The position numbers were made by a program, and so were the translations under genes. A DNA stretch of 64,000 nucleotides from Tetramitus jugosus (Eukaryota > Protista > Heterolobosea), in contig OW569377.1 of assembly GCA_937625935.1 (NCBI GenBank), positions 310,001 through 374,000 on the forward strand, written 5' to 3'. Within the stretch, counting starts at the first letter, position 1; every line of letters starts with the position of its first letter. The notes under the pieces were generated by a model. The model worked only from the letters and a program-made list of their open reading frames with translations. It did no database searches and was not told where the DNA came from. This document shows, piece by piece, positions 1-10,724 of the stretch.

Positions 1-898
1 CCAGTGCCAAAATAATGGGAGGAACAAGTGGTGCCATGGAAATTTTGTGCTTTTGAATCAATTCCAAAAACAGTTGGAATTCAAACTTGGCCATGGTAAC
101 AACAGTGGCACCAGCCTTCAGAGCCGTGTTGAGCACCATGATTAAGCCATAAATGTGGAACATGGGGAGCACACCCAACATGACTTCCTTGGAGTTCATT
201 GTGTAAACACTTTCAATCTGAGCCAAGTTCATCATGACATTATGGTGAGTGAGCATGACACCCTTGGACAGTCCAGTCGTACCAGATGAATAAGGCAGGA
301 AAGCAATATCCTTCTTTGCATCAATCTCGACGCGAATCGGAGTTTTATCAGCAGGTGGCGCCAAAAGTTCTGTAAGTGGATACATTTTGGTCGTTGCCGT
401 CTTGAACATTTCCGCGATTTTTTCGCGGGGCGTCGTAGGCAACGGAATGAGGAAAATTCCCTCGACAGACAACTCTGACTTGCTCAAAGCTTTTTGCAAC
501 TGAGGAAGAAACATGTCAATGGTGACAACGAATCGTGCAGCACTGTCTCTCAACTGATGCACCAACTCTGTTGTCGTATACGTTGGATTAATTGTTGTAC
601 AAATACCACCAATATTGCTCACACCGTGCAACAAGGCAGCGTACACTGGTGTGTTGGGCAGCATGATTGCGAACACGTGACCCTTTCTGAACTGGAACTT
701 GTCATGCAAATTTTTTCCCACACAAAAAATCAATTGTTGGAGTTGCTTGTAGGTGAATGTTTGACCGGATTGACCATCAATCAGCGCCACTTTTTCACCA
801 TTGTCAATCGCAGAGGGAGAAAGCTTGGAAAAGACGTACTCGGTGACACCCATGTTGGTTGGAACTTGGACGTTTGGGAATGGACTTTGGATGATCAT
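1..898 (-). CDS. 4-coumarate-CoA ligase/luciferase-like acyl-CoA synthetase (AMP-binding), 3' end runs off the window
   Basis: Manual minus-strand translation from ATG at 898 gives MIIQSPFPNVQVPTNMGVTEYVFSK..., the AMP-binding motif IAFLPYSSGTTGLSKGVMLTHHN and LGVLPMFHIYGL. It is absent from the ORF track because it has no stop in the window. Confidence 0.9.
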   Translation of the reverse strand, partial: MIIQSPFPNVQVPTNMGVTEYVFSKLSPSAIDNGEKVALIDGQSGQTFTYKQLQQLIFCVGKNLHDKFQFRKGHVFAIMLPNTPVYAALLHGVSNIGGICTTINPTYTTTELVHQLRDSAARFVVTIDMFLPQLQKALSKSELSVEGIFLIPLPTTPREKIAEMFKTATTKMYPLTELLAPPADKTPIRVEIDAKKDIAFLPYSSGTTGLSKGVMLTHHNVMMNLAQIESVYTMNSKEVMLGVLPMFHIYGLIMVLNTALKAGATVVTMAKFEFQLFLELIQKHKISMAPLVPPIILAL

Positions 899-1331
899 GA
901 TGTTACAGTAAAAGCTTTGGATAGATATATTGGTAATGAGAGGGTATGAGAGCTTCGATGAATGCTTTTGGTGTTGGGGATGGTGTGTTCAGTTTGTTGT
1001 TTTGTCGACGTCCAGTTCACATGGAAAATTTCAATTTGATTGATAGGGTGAGCGGTAAATAGGAGGATTCATCGAAAGTCCGAAAGAGCGGATTGACTAC
1101 TGTACTCATTATCAGTGTCTGGATCTATCGATCATTATGTTTGTTTCTGGTGGGAAATTGCACTGAAGGCATGGTTTAAGGATGGCAAGGTGAAGACCCA
1201 AACTTCCTAAGAAACCCCACACTTTACAAAAACTTTCTTGTTCCCCTTAGTCAAGAAAAGACTGGAAGACACCGTTTGGCACAAGAAAAAGACAAACAAG
1301 GAAGGGACAGGTGTTTGTGACACAAAAGACA

Positions 1332-2762
1332 ATGAAAAGAAAACTCGAATCAATATGTCCTGATGATGATAATCTTCGAAGTGGAGGTACTCCCCCAATG
1401 ATGACTACAACAAGAACATCAACCATTATCCCACCTCATGGCTTACCAACACCATTTATCAGCAATTTTCACATTGCCTCAGGAGACCAACAACCATTTG
1501 CTAACAACAACAATAACTTGTTGTCAGCAGGTCATTCCATGATGCTTCAAAGTGCTACTGCTACTATGAATCAACAACAACAACAACAACAACAACAATC
1601 ATTTCAATTCACTTCGCTTGGAGCTCCTCCTCAGCAACTGATATCCTCTTCAGTAGTCAATCATCACTCTCTACCGACTCCACCTCATTGGCCAATGACT
1701 ACGACTGTTGTTGCACCCGTACTGCAACAACAGCAACAACAACAAGCAAATCATTGGGTATTACCAACACTATCACATTTCCAACAACAACAACAACCAC
1801 AATTGAATCATCTTCCTCAGTACTCTCAGTATCATCATCATCACCAAGGTCCTCAACTCTATGCTTCATCACCACCGTTTCAACAAGCAATGATATCACC
1901 TAACATGCAAATACCATCATTTGCATTCACTGGGGCAGCACCAGTGGCACAAATTTTTCCAATCTCGTCTTTCCAAATGCCATTCATCCAACCTGAGAGA
2001 GTGTATGAGGCAATGGACACTCGATTCAATGAACTTCCAAGTGATGTTGTTTCCATCATGATTGACTTTATTCCACTCGGAAGTCAAACCATTCTCAAGT
2101 TTATTTTAACAAACAGTATGGTGTGCGATACGTTCAAGAATCACAGGTATTTTGCTTATCATCAATTTAGAAGCACAATTATTCCCTCAATGCTTCAATG
2201 CTTGTGCTCTGACAAAAACCCTTTAGCCGAAAGTGAACTCCTCAAGTTAATCAGTGTGATTAAAGGACCACTTGAGAAGATCAGAGTAGAACCAATGTGG
2301 GCAGTAAAGAAAGAAAGTTGGGAAAAGTGGGTTGCAAATGATCGTTCTATTCCTTGTCCAGAGAGTAATAGTGTGTCATTGAAGCACAGACAAAGCATTT
2401 ATGACAAGTTTTACGGCCTTGTCACCTTTGAAATGTCAAAGAAGAAGTACGAGAAATACGACCAAGGAACCAAGAGATATGCCCAGATTCGAATTGGAAC
2501 AAAGATTGTGCTCTCATTTAAAGGTAAGAACACTGATCGAGGACATAAGGTTGGACTGACTATTAACGATGGAAACAGTAGGTTACATTTTGCGATAGAT
2601 GTTGAGAATTTGAGACGTCGCCCATACAATCCCGAAAGCTCTAGTGTTTTGAAATTCAAAGAGTCACTGGGATTGAAAGACATCTTCATTGACCAAGACG
2701 ATATGGTTGATCTTATTCTCTTTGCACTTCCATTTGGCTGGGACGAGGTTGGGTATTACTGA
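1332..2762 (+). CDS. Q/P/H-rich N-terminus + F-box-like domain protein (tandem copy 1)
   Basis: Likely ATG at 1332 (MKRKLES). F-box-like segment RFNELPSDVVSIMIDFIPLGSQTILKFILTNSMVCDTF. The C-terminal half is paralogous to 3217..4619. Confidence 0.7.
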   Translation: MKRKLESICPDDDNLRSGGTPPMMTTTRTSTIIPPHGLPTPFISNFHIASGDQQPFANNNNNLLSAGHSMMLQSATATMNQQQQQQQQQSFQFTSLGAPPQQLISSSVVNHHSLPTPPHWPMTTTVVAPVLQQQQQQQANHWVLPTLSHFQQQQQPQLNHLPQYSQYHHHHQGPQLYASSPPFQQAMISPNMQIPSFAFTGAAPVAQIFPISSFQMPFIQPERVYEAMDTRFNELPSDVVSIMIDFIPLGSQTILKFILTNSMVCDTFKNHRYFAYHQFRSTIIPSMLQCLCSDKNPLAESELLKLISVIKGPLEKIRVEPMWAVKKESWEKWVANDRSIPCPESNSVSLKHRQSIYDKFYGLVTFEMSKKKYEKYDQGTKRYAQIRIGTKIVLSFKGKNTDRGHKVGLTINDGNSRLHFAIDVENLRRRPYNPESSSVLKFKESLGLKDIFIDQDDMVDLILFALPFGWDEVGYY

Positions 2763-3216
2763 TGGACATCAATCGATTGGATGAGTCATTTCAAGTAACC
2801 AATAAACCAAAGCTCATTTAACAGGAGGCTCTAAAAAATCTAGCTATCCTGTGCGGGGTCTAAGCAATCATTAAATTTGAGTTTTACCGTGAGTATCTTG
2901 ACCTCAGAAGTTACCTTAAGAATCATTCTTCAGTGAAGACAGAATTTGTGTGACATAGTAAAAAGAATTTTGGGGCATGTGGGAACTTCCCGATTTATCT
3001 CTTTCAGTCATTGCAGCTTGAGATCGGTAAGCAGATGTAACATGGTCGCTCGTTCAACTTTGGATTACATGGAGTGGACATGTTCGATTGATTCTCAAAT
3101 CCAGGTTGAATACGTCGAGAAAAAAAATCTGGCATGGAAAAGGTACTCCGACTGCCTTTTCCATAAAGTTCTTGAATTCAGTCATCCTTGTTAATTCCAA
3201 GACATCGAAAAACAAG

Positions 3217-4619
3217 ATGAAACGAAAGCATGATTCAATCTCAGGTGATCGTAACGACAGTAGCAACCACGAAATTCGTGCTCAACCAATGATTACAACA
3301 GCATCCACAACTCCACTGCCCACACCGAGTATCCCACCACCTCATTTCCATGGAACCTCACCTTTCAACCATATCACTGGATCACAACAACAACAGTTTT
3401 CCAACATGACAAACTTTGATTCCACCTTGCTTAATGTGTTGCCACAAGTCGCTCTTCCCCAGCAACTACTGCCAAATGTTTCTTCAGCAAATCAAGCTCA
3501 GCCAGCATTCATCAGGCAACTGCAACTGTACCACAACAGCTAAATGATCATTGGTCATTTGCACCATTGTCATCACTTCCACAACCCTATCACCTCCAAC
3601 AACAATTTCCACCACATCAATTGATACTTTCTCAGTATCATCAACATCATGGTCAACCCTTTCCACCTTTTCAACCAATGATGTCAATGATGAATAATGC
3701 TTCTTTTCCTCATCAGATACAATTGCCATCCCTGTCATTTCCGTTAGTAACGGCCCAACCACAAGCATCCTTGTCCAATGATGAAGAACCAAGTTTTCAT
3801 TCATCCATACAACCACTCATTATCCAGCGTGAGAGGATTTATGAGGCGATGGACACTCGATTCAATGAAATTCCAAGCGAAGTGTTATCCATCATTATTG
3901 ACTTTATTCCACTCGGCAGTCAAACCATTCTTCAGTTTATCTTAACAAACAGTGTGGTGTACAATACGTTCAGAAATCATGGGTATTTCACTTATCATCA
4001 ATTTAGAAGTTCAATTCCCTCAATGCTCCAATGCTTGTGCTCTGACAATAACACCTCAGCCATAAATGAAATTAACAAGTTGATCACTCTAATGAAGGTA
4101 CCACGAAATAAGATGATAATGAGGCCTCTGTGGGAAAGAAAGAAGGAGATTTGGAAAAAGTGGGCTGCAAATGATTGTTCTGTTGCTTATCCAGAAAGTA
4201 AGAGTGTGTCATTGCCCGTAAGACAAACCATTTATGACAAGTTGTACAATCTTGTCACTTTTGAGATGTTGAAAGAGAAAGACGATGATTATGACGGTTA
4301 CAGAGTCACAAGACATGCCAAAATTCGGATTGGAGAAACTATTGTGCTCACATTCGAAGGTCAGAACACTGATGGAGGGAATCAAGTTGATATGACTATT
4401 GAATACGCCGGAGATAGTTCATCTCGAAGCATCTACATTGAGAATTCGTTCTTTCATCCATACTCTTCCGAAAGCGCTGGTGTTTTGCACGAGTTCAAAG
4501 AGGCACTAGGATTGAATAACATCTTTGTTGACGAAGACGATATGATCGATCTTCTTCTATTTGCACTTCCATTTAGCTGGGATGATCTTCCCTCTCGGAC
4601 TATGATGGCATCAACCTAA
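3217..4619 (+). pseudogene. F-box-like tandem copy 2, split by an apparent 1-nt frameshift near 3510 (pseudogene or sequence error)
   Basis: The MKRKHDS start at 3217 is in one frame (stop at 3543). The homologous ...QQLNDHW...RIYEAMDTRFNEIPSEV... part lies in another frame that is open from 3435. I saw no convincing intron that repairs the frame. Confidence 0.65.
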
Positions 4620-4921
4620 ATGTGATTGCCCAAACCAAATACAATGTTAGCGGTGCACCCGCTTCTCTGAAACGACATCACAACTATTACTCCATAGACA
4701 CATGGTGCAAATTGGTTTTCTCCGTTTTTCAAGGAAGGAAAGATGCCAATAATCAGGCTTCTCCCCTTGGCTCTCTCTAAAATCGTTCATGACATTGGCA
4801 ATTGTTGTATCTCATGATGCAGCTGTCCCAATTCAATCTCTTCACCTTTCGTTCCATTGGTAATGCCGGTTTTAGCAGCTGCTACAAGGGTCATGTTCCT
4901 ACTCCAAAGGTAAGTTGCCGG

Positions 4922-5125
4922 CACCATTTATGACAAGTTTTACAGCCTTATCACTTTTGAAATGTTGAAAGAGCCCACTTTCTGAGATTGAAATTGGGAA
5001 CTCAAAACGTCGTCCTTGTGCTTCCAGAAGCTCTGATATTTTGAACGAATTCAAAGAATCACTGGAGTTGAGTGATGAAGATGATATGGCCGAGCTTCTT
5101 CTCTTTATACTTCCATTTTCCTATG
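4922..5125 (+). pseudogene. Degraded third copy of the F-box family C-terminus
   Basis: accatttatgacaagttttacagccttatcacttttgaaatgttgaaagag and gaattcaaagaatcactggagttg...gatgaagatgatatggccgagcttcttctctttatacttccatttt match the 3' parts of copies 1 and 2 (IYDKFY.L.TFEM.K; EFKESL; DDM..LLLF.LPF), with internal deletions. Confidence 0.75.
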
Positions 5126-6046
5126 CAGCAATGTTTCCGTAGTTGATCGACCTCTGGGAAATATTTACACCGACAACAAAATTAGAATCAAAAATCCGAA
5201 ATCGCTCTTCCCTTGAAGAGTCCAACAGAAGGACATCACCACTCTTCTTTGTGTAATGGAAGTGAGGAGTGGATGCAAGTATCATGTATTCAAATCATGA
5301 ACAACGACAACTGTTTCAATCAACCCGAGCTACAGAATTTTGTACACACAGCAATGACAGAGATTTTTTCGCGTCGCGCAAAGATTTCCGACTATCGGAG
5401 GTATCGGGAAGCCGATTGGGAAGATGCCGCGTTATTTTTCGCCTTGTTCACATTTTCCCTTAGCGATTCGTTCTTTCCCTACAAGTTACGTGTTTCAAGG
5501 TCCGTTAACGCGCTAACTGGAGAGCGAAATGTGTGTCGATGGAACCAATCATCGCTGTAAATCAGTCGGTGATCACTTCCCGCCAAGAAAAAAGCGATTC
5601 CACGAAAATCTCTTTACCCAATACTGGACATTATCGGGAAATCTTAAAGCGGCTAGTACTCGTTCCCGTCCGATCGCGCTTTCGAATGCTTACGAAAGGG
5701 ATCCTTAGGCAAAGGAATTGGACGTTGTTGGTTAACTACTAAAAACAAAACCAACCAAACATCTGAATCCCTAGAGCTCGCTCACTACCCTACTCGTATA
5801 TCCCAACAATCTGTGTGATCTTTTAGACATCTCCTCACAGAAAAATCTCACCCTGACCCTCAGATCTTTTCAATCACAGAGAGCTCGCTGTCTAAGAGTT
5901 TTTCTTTCTCGCCTGGTTCCAACAGAAATCAACCCCCGGAGTAACTACCCAAAAAAACGTGTCTTCTCACATATCGGTGTTACGCGTTAGAGCAGCCAAA
6001 AGTTTGTCATTCACACAACAACGAAACGCGACCAAACAGTACATAC

Positions 6047-6075
6047 AAGCCATAAGCCATAAGCCATAGCCATAA
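6047..6075 (+). repeat. Short tandem repeat (AAGCCAT)n just upstream of the ATG at 6111
   Basis: aagccataagccataagccatagccataa is read directly from the sequence. Confidence 0.8.
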
Positions 6076-6110
6076 TCCAAACAACTTTAATCTCCCCAAG
6101 GCCACTTTAA

Positions 6111-8738
6111 ATGACTAGAGCTATAATGACATCTCCTGCTCGTTCCACTTTTCCCATCAACAATAACGTTGCCGCAACAACTAGCTCAGTAGATGCGAGC
6201 TACACTGGTCAATCGCACCACTCGGATCATTGTAACAATAACAATAACAACAACCATAACAATAATAGTGTAGTGAAGCAGTATCCAGCTCCACTGCCAT
6301 CATCCTCTTCTCCACAACATCAACATCAACAACAACAAGAGTATCACTATGTAACATACAGTCACCCACAACATCCACAACATCCACAGTACAATAACAA
6401 CAACCATAACAATAGTATGACTTATCCACCTGTACCACAACGACTAAACACTACTACGAATAGTAGTCACATGAGTCCAACCACTCAATTTCAACACTAT
6501 CAACAACAACCACAACAACAACAACAACAGATATCTCAACCAATTCCACGTCGATTATCCATTATTGACACTGCAGATGAAGATAGTCGATCATCAGGTA
6601 ACATTCACGAATCACATCAACATCAAATGGGTTCGGAACGGAAACTGTCCTATGATTTAACTACGACAGGAGCAAGTTTTGCAAGTGAAGATGATAGTAT
6701 GATGAGTGGTGGTGGTAGTGCAAGCAACATTAGTAGTAGTCGATTTATATTACCTAGTTTTAAGAATTTTATTGACATTGTTGCTCACAAGAGTCATTCA
6801 CCTACTACTGGCACATCATCTAGTAGTGAGAATAAGGATGGTAAGGTGAGTGGAAATGGTGAGAGTGACTCTACTGCTGCCTCTGCCTCCTTGTTAAACA
6901 ATCACCACTCTAGTCCTCCTTCATTTAACAATACTCACAGTCATATCAATCCATATCAACAACCACCACAGCAGCAACATCATTATGTGGAGAGTCGTAG
7001 TAGTAGTAGTAGTAGTAGTGTTGTTGTTGTTGGTGCCAGTAGACCTCGTTCTCTATCGGAGTCTGACATTTTCTTGCATGCTCCCAAGAGACAAAAGTTG
7101 GTTCATGGTGGTGTTACTACGGATGTGATTGCCAGTGAGAGCACTCATGTTACACCAGCAACGTCGTCACCTGCTTCAGCAGTGACGACACCTCTATCCT
7201 CTACTTCACCATATCACGGTGCAAAGAGCAGTGGTGGTGCAATGGTCAATCATCAGTACCATTATCGTCAGCAGCAACAGCAGCATCAGCAACAACAGTC
7301 CTACCATCATCAGAATCATGAGCAGCAACAGCAAATGATGATCCCGGTGAATCATGAGGCACCTAGTTCCTCTTATGACTATCATCGCTATCACAACAAT
7401 AGTGCTGGTAGTGGAGGCAGTGGTGGAGGTGGTGCTGGTGGTCATTCTCAGCAACATCACCCACAACAACCTCAAGCACAACAACCATCGCAGCATGGTT
7501 ATCCATCATACCATCATCACACACATGCCCATCATTCTGAGAATAACCAACAACAGCAGCAGCATGGTTATCCTCCAATGAATCCCTCACATTCATTCCA
7601 TGGCTCGAACAATAGCAACAACAATAGCAATATTGGTTTTGAGAGACGTCATTCTGTTTATGAAGAGCCAGTGTACCATAACAATAGTAGTAGTAGTAGC
7701 GGTAGTGCTGCTCCCATGGCACAGCACTATTATCCACCAAGTCATCCCAGCTCTAATCCTCCATCGTCAGGCTCTACAGGCTATTATCACTCATCGTCGT
7801 CACCTTCTGCTTCCACTGGGTATCCACAACCGTATCAAGGAACATCTCCTCCTCCACCAGGACAATCCCAACAATACCCTGTGAATCATCCTCATCATTC
7901 GATGCCACCACAGCAACCATCACCACAGCAACAACATGGCTACCATTCCCATCATCACATTCAACAGCAACAGAGCCATCATCATTTGAGCTATCATCAC
8001 ACTGCACAGACACAGAGTCAATATAGTAGTGGTGGTGGTGGTCATAACAGCCAATCATCTTCTTCGTCATTGATTCATCAAGAGGATTCGAACCGTAGTG
8101 TTTCCCCCAACAGCCCTCCTTCGTCACCTGATTCAACCTACACACCAGACATGTTGTTAGAGGATCAAAACTATCAACAATTGCAACCCATTCGTGTGTT
8201 GGCCTATCGTATTGGCTTATCCAAGGATCCAAACAAGAGTTGGAGATACAGAGACATCAAGAGAAGTTTGTTTGAGAAGACAACACCTCAACAGGCTTCG
8301 TTTATTGATAAAAACTTGGAACACTCACTGTTGAAGCAAAGATTGCCACACAAGTTGAGCATGTGCTCGTTCGCGAAGCGAATTATGCTATTGGTTTATC
8401 ACTTCATTTTGCGTGATGGAAGAGAACCAAAGTTTTGGCGCAGAGGAAGCGTTAGAGCTGACTTGGTAGAGAAAATTTTGAAGGAGACTGATGCTGATTT
8501 TTATACTAAGATTAATAAGCAGGCTGCAATAGAGGTCCATACTTACACGGCATCTGGAATGACTATTGAACAGGCTGTTAAACAACAACAGGCAAAGCAG
8601 AGTTCCACTGAGTCGTCTGTTGTGAGCGAAGATCGGAACTCACAACAATCGACTGCTGAGGAACAAAGTCAACATAGTGTACAGAGTGATGTTCCATTGC
8701 ACGCAGAACAACGCAAGGAAGAGACTGTGTCTCAATAA
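6111..8738 (+). CDS. 875-aa Q/H/N/S-rich protein with a compact basic C-terminal domain; putative nuclear regulator
   Basis: Long ORF. About 690 aa are low-complexity and include an NLS-like PKRQKL; a globular basic segment follows (IRVLAYRIGL...FWRRGSVRADLVEKIL). Confidence 0.75.
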   Translation: MTRAIMTSPARSTFPINNNVAATTSSVDASYTGQSHHSDHCNNNNNNNHNNNSVVKQYPAPLPSSSSPQHQHQQQQEYHYVTYSHPQHPQHPQYNNNNHNNSMTYPPVPQRLNTTTNSSHMSPTTQFQHYQQQPQQQQQQISQPIPRRLSIIDTADEDSRSSGNIHESHQHQMGSERKLSYDLTTTGASFASEDDSMMSGGGSASNISSSRFILPSFKNFIDIVAHKSHSPTTGTSSSSENKDGKVSGNGESDSTAASASLLNNHHSSPPSFNNTHSHINPYQQPPQQQHHYVESRSSSSSSSVVVVGASRPRSLSESDIFLHAPKRQKLVHGGVTTDVIASESTHVTPATSSPASAVTTPLSSTSPYHGAKSSGGAMVNHQYHYRQQQQQHQQQQSYHHQNHEQQQQMMIPVNHEAPSSSYDYHRYHNNSAGSGGSGGGGAGGHSQQHHPQQPQAQQPSQHGYPSYHHHTHAHHSENNQQQQQHGYPPMNPSHSFHGSNNSNNNSNIGFERRHSVYEEPVYHNNSSSSSGSAAPMAQHYYPPSHPSSNPPSSGSTGYYHSSSSPSASTGYPQPYQGTSPPPPGQSQQYPVNHPHHSMPPQQPSPQQQHGYHSHHHIQQQQSHHHLSYHHTAQTQSQYSSGGGGHNSQSSSSSLIHQEDSNRSVSPNSPPSSPDSTYTPDMLLEDQNYQQLQPIRVLAYRIGLSKDPNKSWRYRDIKRSLFEKTTPQQASFIDKNLEHSLLKQRLPHKLSMCSFAKRIMLLVYHFILRDGREPKFWRRGSVRADLVEKILKETDADFYTKINKQAAIEVHTYTASGMTIEQAVKQQQAKQSSTESSVVSEDRNSQQSTAEEQSQHSVQSDVPLHAEQRKEETVSQ

Positions 8739-8754
8739 ATTGAAATGTCTCGAT

Positions 8755-9534
8755 TCATGTCGTCATTGTGGTCATATTGTGGTTCAGCTTCCTCTTTAGT
8801 GCTCGTATCTTTCGTTCATATTTGGTAACATTGTCATGGACTACATTCTCCAATTTTTCTAAGCTAGCTTCTGCCATGAATGTCCTCGTTCGAAACTTGG
8901 CCAATTCTTTCTCTAACGTTCCCAGCACATCTTCTTCTGGTGTTTTGTCAGTGTTGTTCGAAGATTGATCTGGATTCTTGGAATTGGAAACATATTGTGC
9001 AATGAGAAGTTCATGAGCCACTGTTTTCTTCTCTCTCTCCAGATCAATAATCTTCTCTCGATCCTGTGCAGATTGAGTTTCTAAGAGTTTAATCTTCCTC
9101 TTGAGCTGTGAATTCTCCTGATGTAACGATGAGAGTTCTCTCTTGGATTCTTCTTCTATAGTTGCGAGCTTCGAGCTGAGTTCTTCTATTTTCGAGTGGA
9201 GTTCCTTATTCTCTTCGCTGACTCTATGAGATAAGGGATCATTACTCCTGAAACTGGACCTCCTTTGCTGTACTAAAGCAAGTCTCATCCTCTCAGACTC
9301 CTGTAATTGCTTTATTAAACTTACTTTATTCTCCAATAAGGATTTCAATTGATTCTTCATTGTCAGAATAGTTGTTTGACAGTTAGCATGCATTTGAACT
9401 AACTTCGAATGTTCGGTTGAATCAATCAGAATTTTCTCTTCTAGAGCTCTAACGTGTCGTTGAAACATCTCACGATCCTCCAAGGATGCTGAGGAAGGAC
9501 TGACCACAGTAGGTTGTGAGAGGTAATGAGTCAT
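8755..9534 (-). CDS. Coiled-coil protein of unknown function
   Basis: E/K/L heptad-rich ORF. The start is uncertain: first real ATG MTHYLSQ at about 9534, and the ORF track extends to 9690. Confidence 0.65.
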   Translation of the reverse strand: MTHYLSQPTVVSPSSASLEDREMFQRHVRALEEKILIDSTEHSKLVQMHANCQTTILTMKNQLKSLLENKVSLIKQLQESERMRLALVQQRRSSFRSNDPLSHRVSEENKELHSKIEELSSKLATIEEESKRELSSLHQENSQLKRKIKLLETQSAQDREKIIDLEREKKTVAHELLIAQYVSNSKNPDQSSNNTDKTPEEDVLGTLEKELAKFRTRTFMAEASLEKLENVVHDNVTKYERKIRALKRKLNHNMTTMTT

Positions 9535-9801
9535 TGGTTTGTTTGTGCGCCTTGAAGCGAACTTCCGGAATCGGAGACGGCTGAAGAACTGATGAAGATT
9601 TGTTCGGCCGACATCGTAGTACAGCCGCTTGCAATGGACAACGCGTTCTATTCCTCTTTTTGAAAGGATGTGATTGGCTAGATGATTCACGTTTGAATAC
9701 TGTCACGATGTGTCAAGCCAGTTTCACTTCAACACAAATAGATGAAACGAACTACAAGAAACTGGTTTTCAACTCCCCAACAATAAAACAACCACCACAA
9801 G

Positions 9802-10698
9802 ATGCAGCCAGCTCAAGGAATTGTAAATTACTACAACTATTTGTTGAAGAAGTATGAAAACGAGGTGTCTGTGTCGCATTTTACCTTCTACCTCAGGGAT
9901 ATGATGGCACATTTTACGCAGGGTATTCTCCTTGGTTGTGGTACACATGTGAAACCTATTCATTTCTCCAATCTGATATCACTGCTTGAGCATAAAGCTG
10001 TGTCTATGGAGATTAAGGATTGTGTATTGTGTATTCTGTTTCTGTTCGAAACATTGAATCCTGAATATAGAAACAAATGCTTCTTGTACGAGGTGGCAAT
10101 AATGATGAAAGCACAGATGATTGCCTGGGTGGATGGCAATGGACACTATTTGCACAATCTACTCCAATTTGTCACATCTCTGAACAATCCAAAGTTAAAA
10201 TCTCTTCTCGACAGTATCCAGTGGCGCATCAATTACTTGGTCAACAAGAAGAAGATTGAAACTAAAATATTGAATTTCAGCAAGCATTCCTCATGCCCAA
10301 TCATATTCAAAGATACTATCCATCCATTGATTATGCCCAATTGCCAGGCAGACACAAGTATGACATCCCCAACTCCTGCTAAATCCTTCCAATTCATAAT
10401 GGAGGACTATTCACAACCAACACATACAAGCAAAAGGAAACGAGCTCGAGAAACTAGTTTGATTGAAGAGGGAGAACCATCCAATCAAGTTCCTCCGAAA
10501 CGTTCTCGCGATGGACCTACTCCCAGTGTTTCCAGGGGTCAAGAACCATCAGTCAATGGACCCACACCTGACGTAGGCGAAGATTTGTTCCTTGACTTTT
10601 TCACTCTCAGCGATTGCTATTCACCAACAGAATACATAGAACCCTGCTCTGAGATGGAGCTGGACGATCTCGACTTGGATCATCTTTTGAACTTCTGA
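9802..10698 (+). CDS. 298-aa hypothetical protein with NLS-like motifs and an acidic-hydrophobic C-terminus
   Basis: Clean ATG-to-stop ORF containing KRKRAR and PPKRSR, ending EMELDDLDLDHLLNF. Confidence 0.65.
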   Translation: MQPAQGIVNYYNYLLKKYENEVSVSHFTFYLRDMMAHFTQGILLGCGTHVKPIHFSNLISLLEHKAVSMEIKDCVLCILFLFETLNPEYRNKCFLYEVAIMMKAQMIAWVDGNGHYLHNLLQFVTSLNNPKLKSLLDSIQWRINYLVNKKKIETKILNFSKHSSCPIIFKDTIHPLIMPNCQADTSMTSPTPAKSFQFIMEDYSQPTHTSKRKRARETSLIEEGEPSNQVPPKRSRDGPTPSVSRGQEPSVNGPTPDVGEDLFLDFFTLSDCYSPTEYIEPCSEMELDDLDLDHLLNF

Positions 10699-10724
10699 AT
10701 AGATTTGTACATTACACTCTCCAT

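Noticed and set aside
494-949. 151-aa plus-strand ORF and many similar short overlapping ORFs (e.g. 19144..19698, 30884..31384, 33533..34165, 51635..52156)
   Set aside because: They are antisense or alternative-frame shadows of well-supported genes.
4640-4920. Coding-looking minus-strand stretch between F-box copies 2 and 3
   Set aside because: It is interrupted by stops and has no recognisable motif, so I cannot support a call.
9708-9857. Short ORF MCQASFTS... overlapping the start of 9802..10698, possibly its true N-terminus via a frameshift
   Set aside because: There is no homologue in the window and no intron signal to support joining them.
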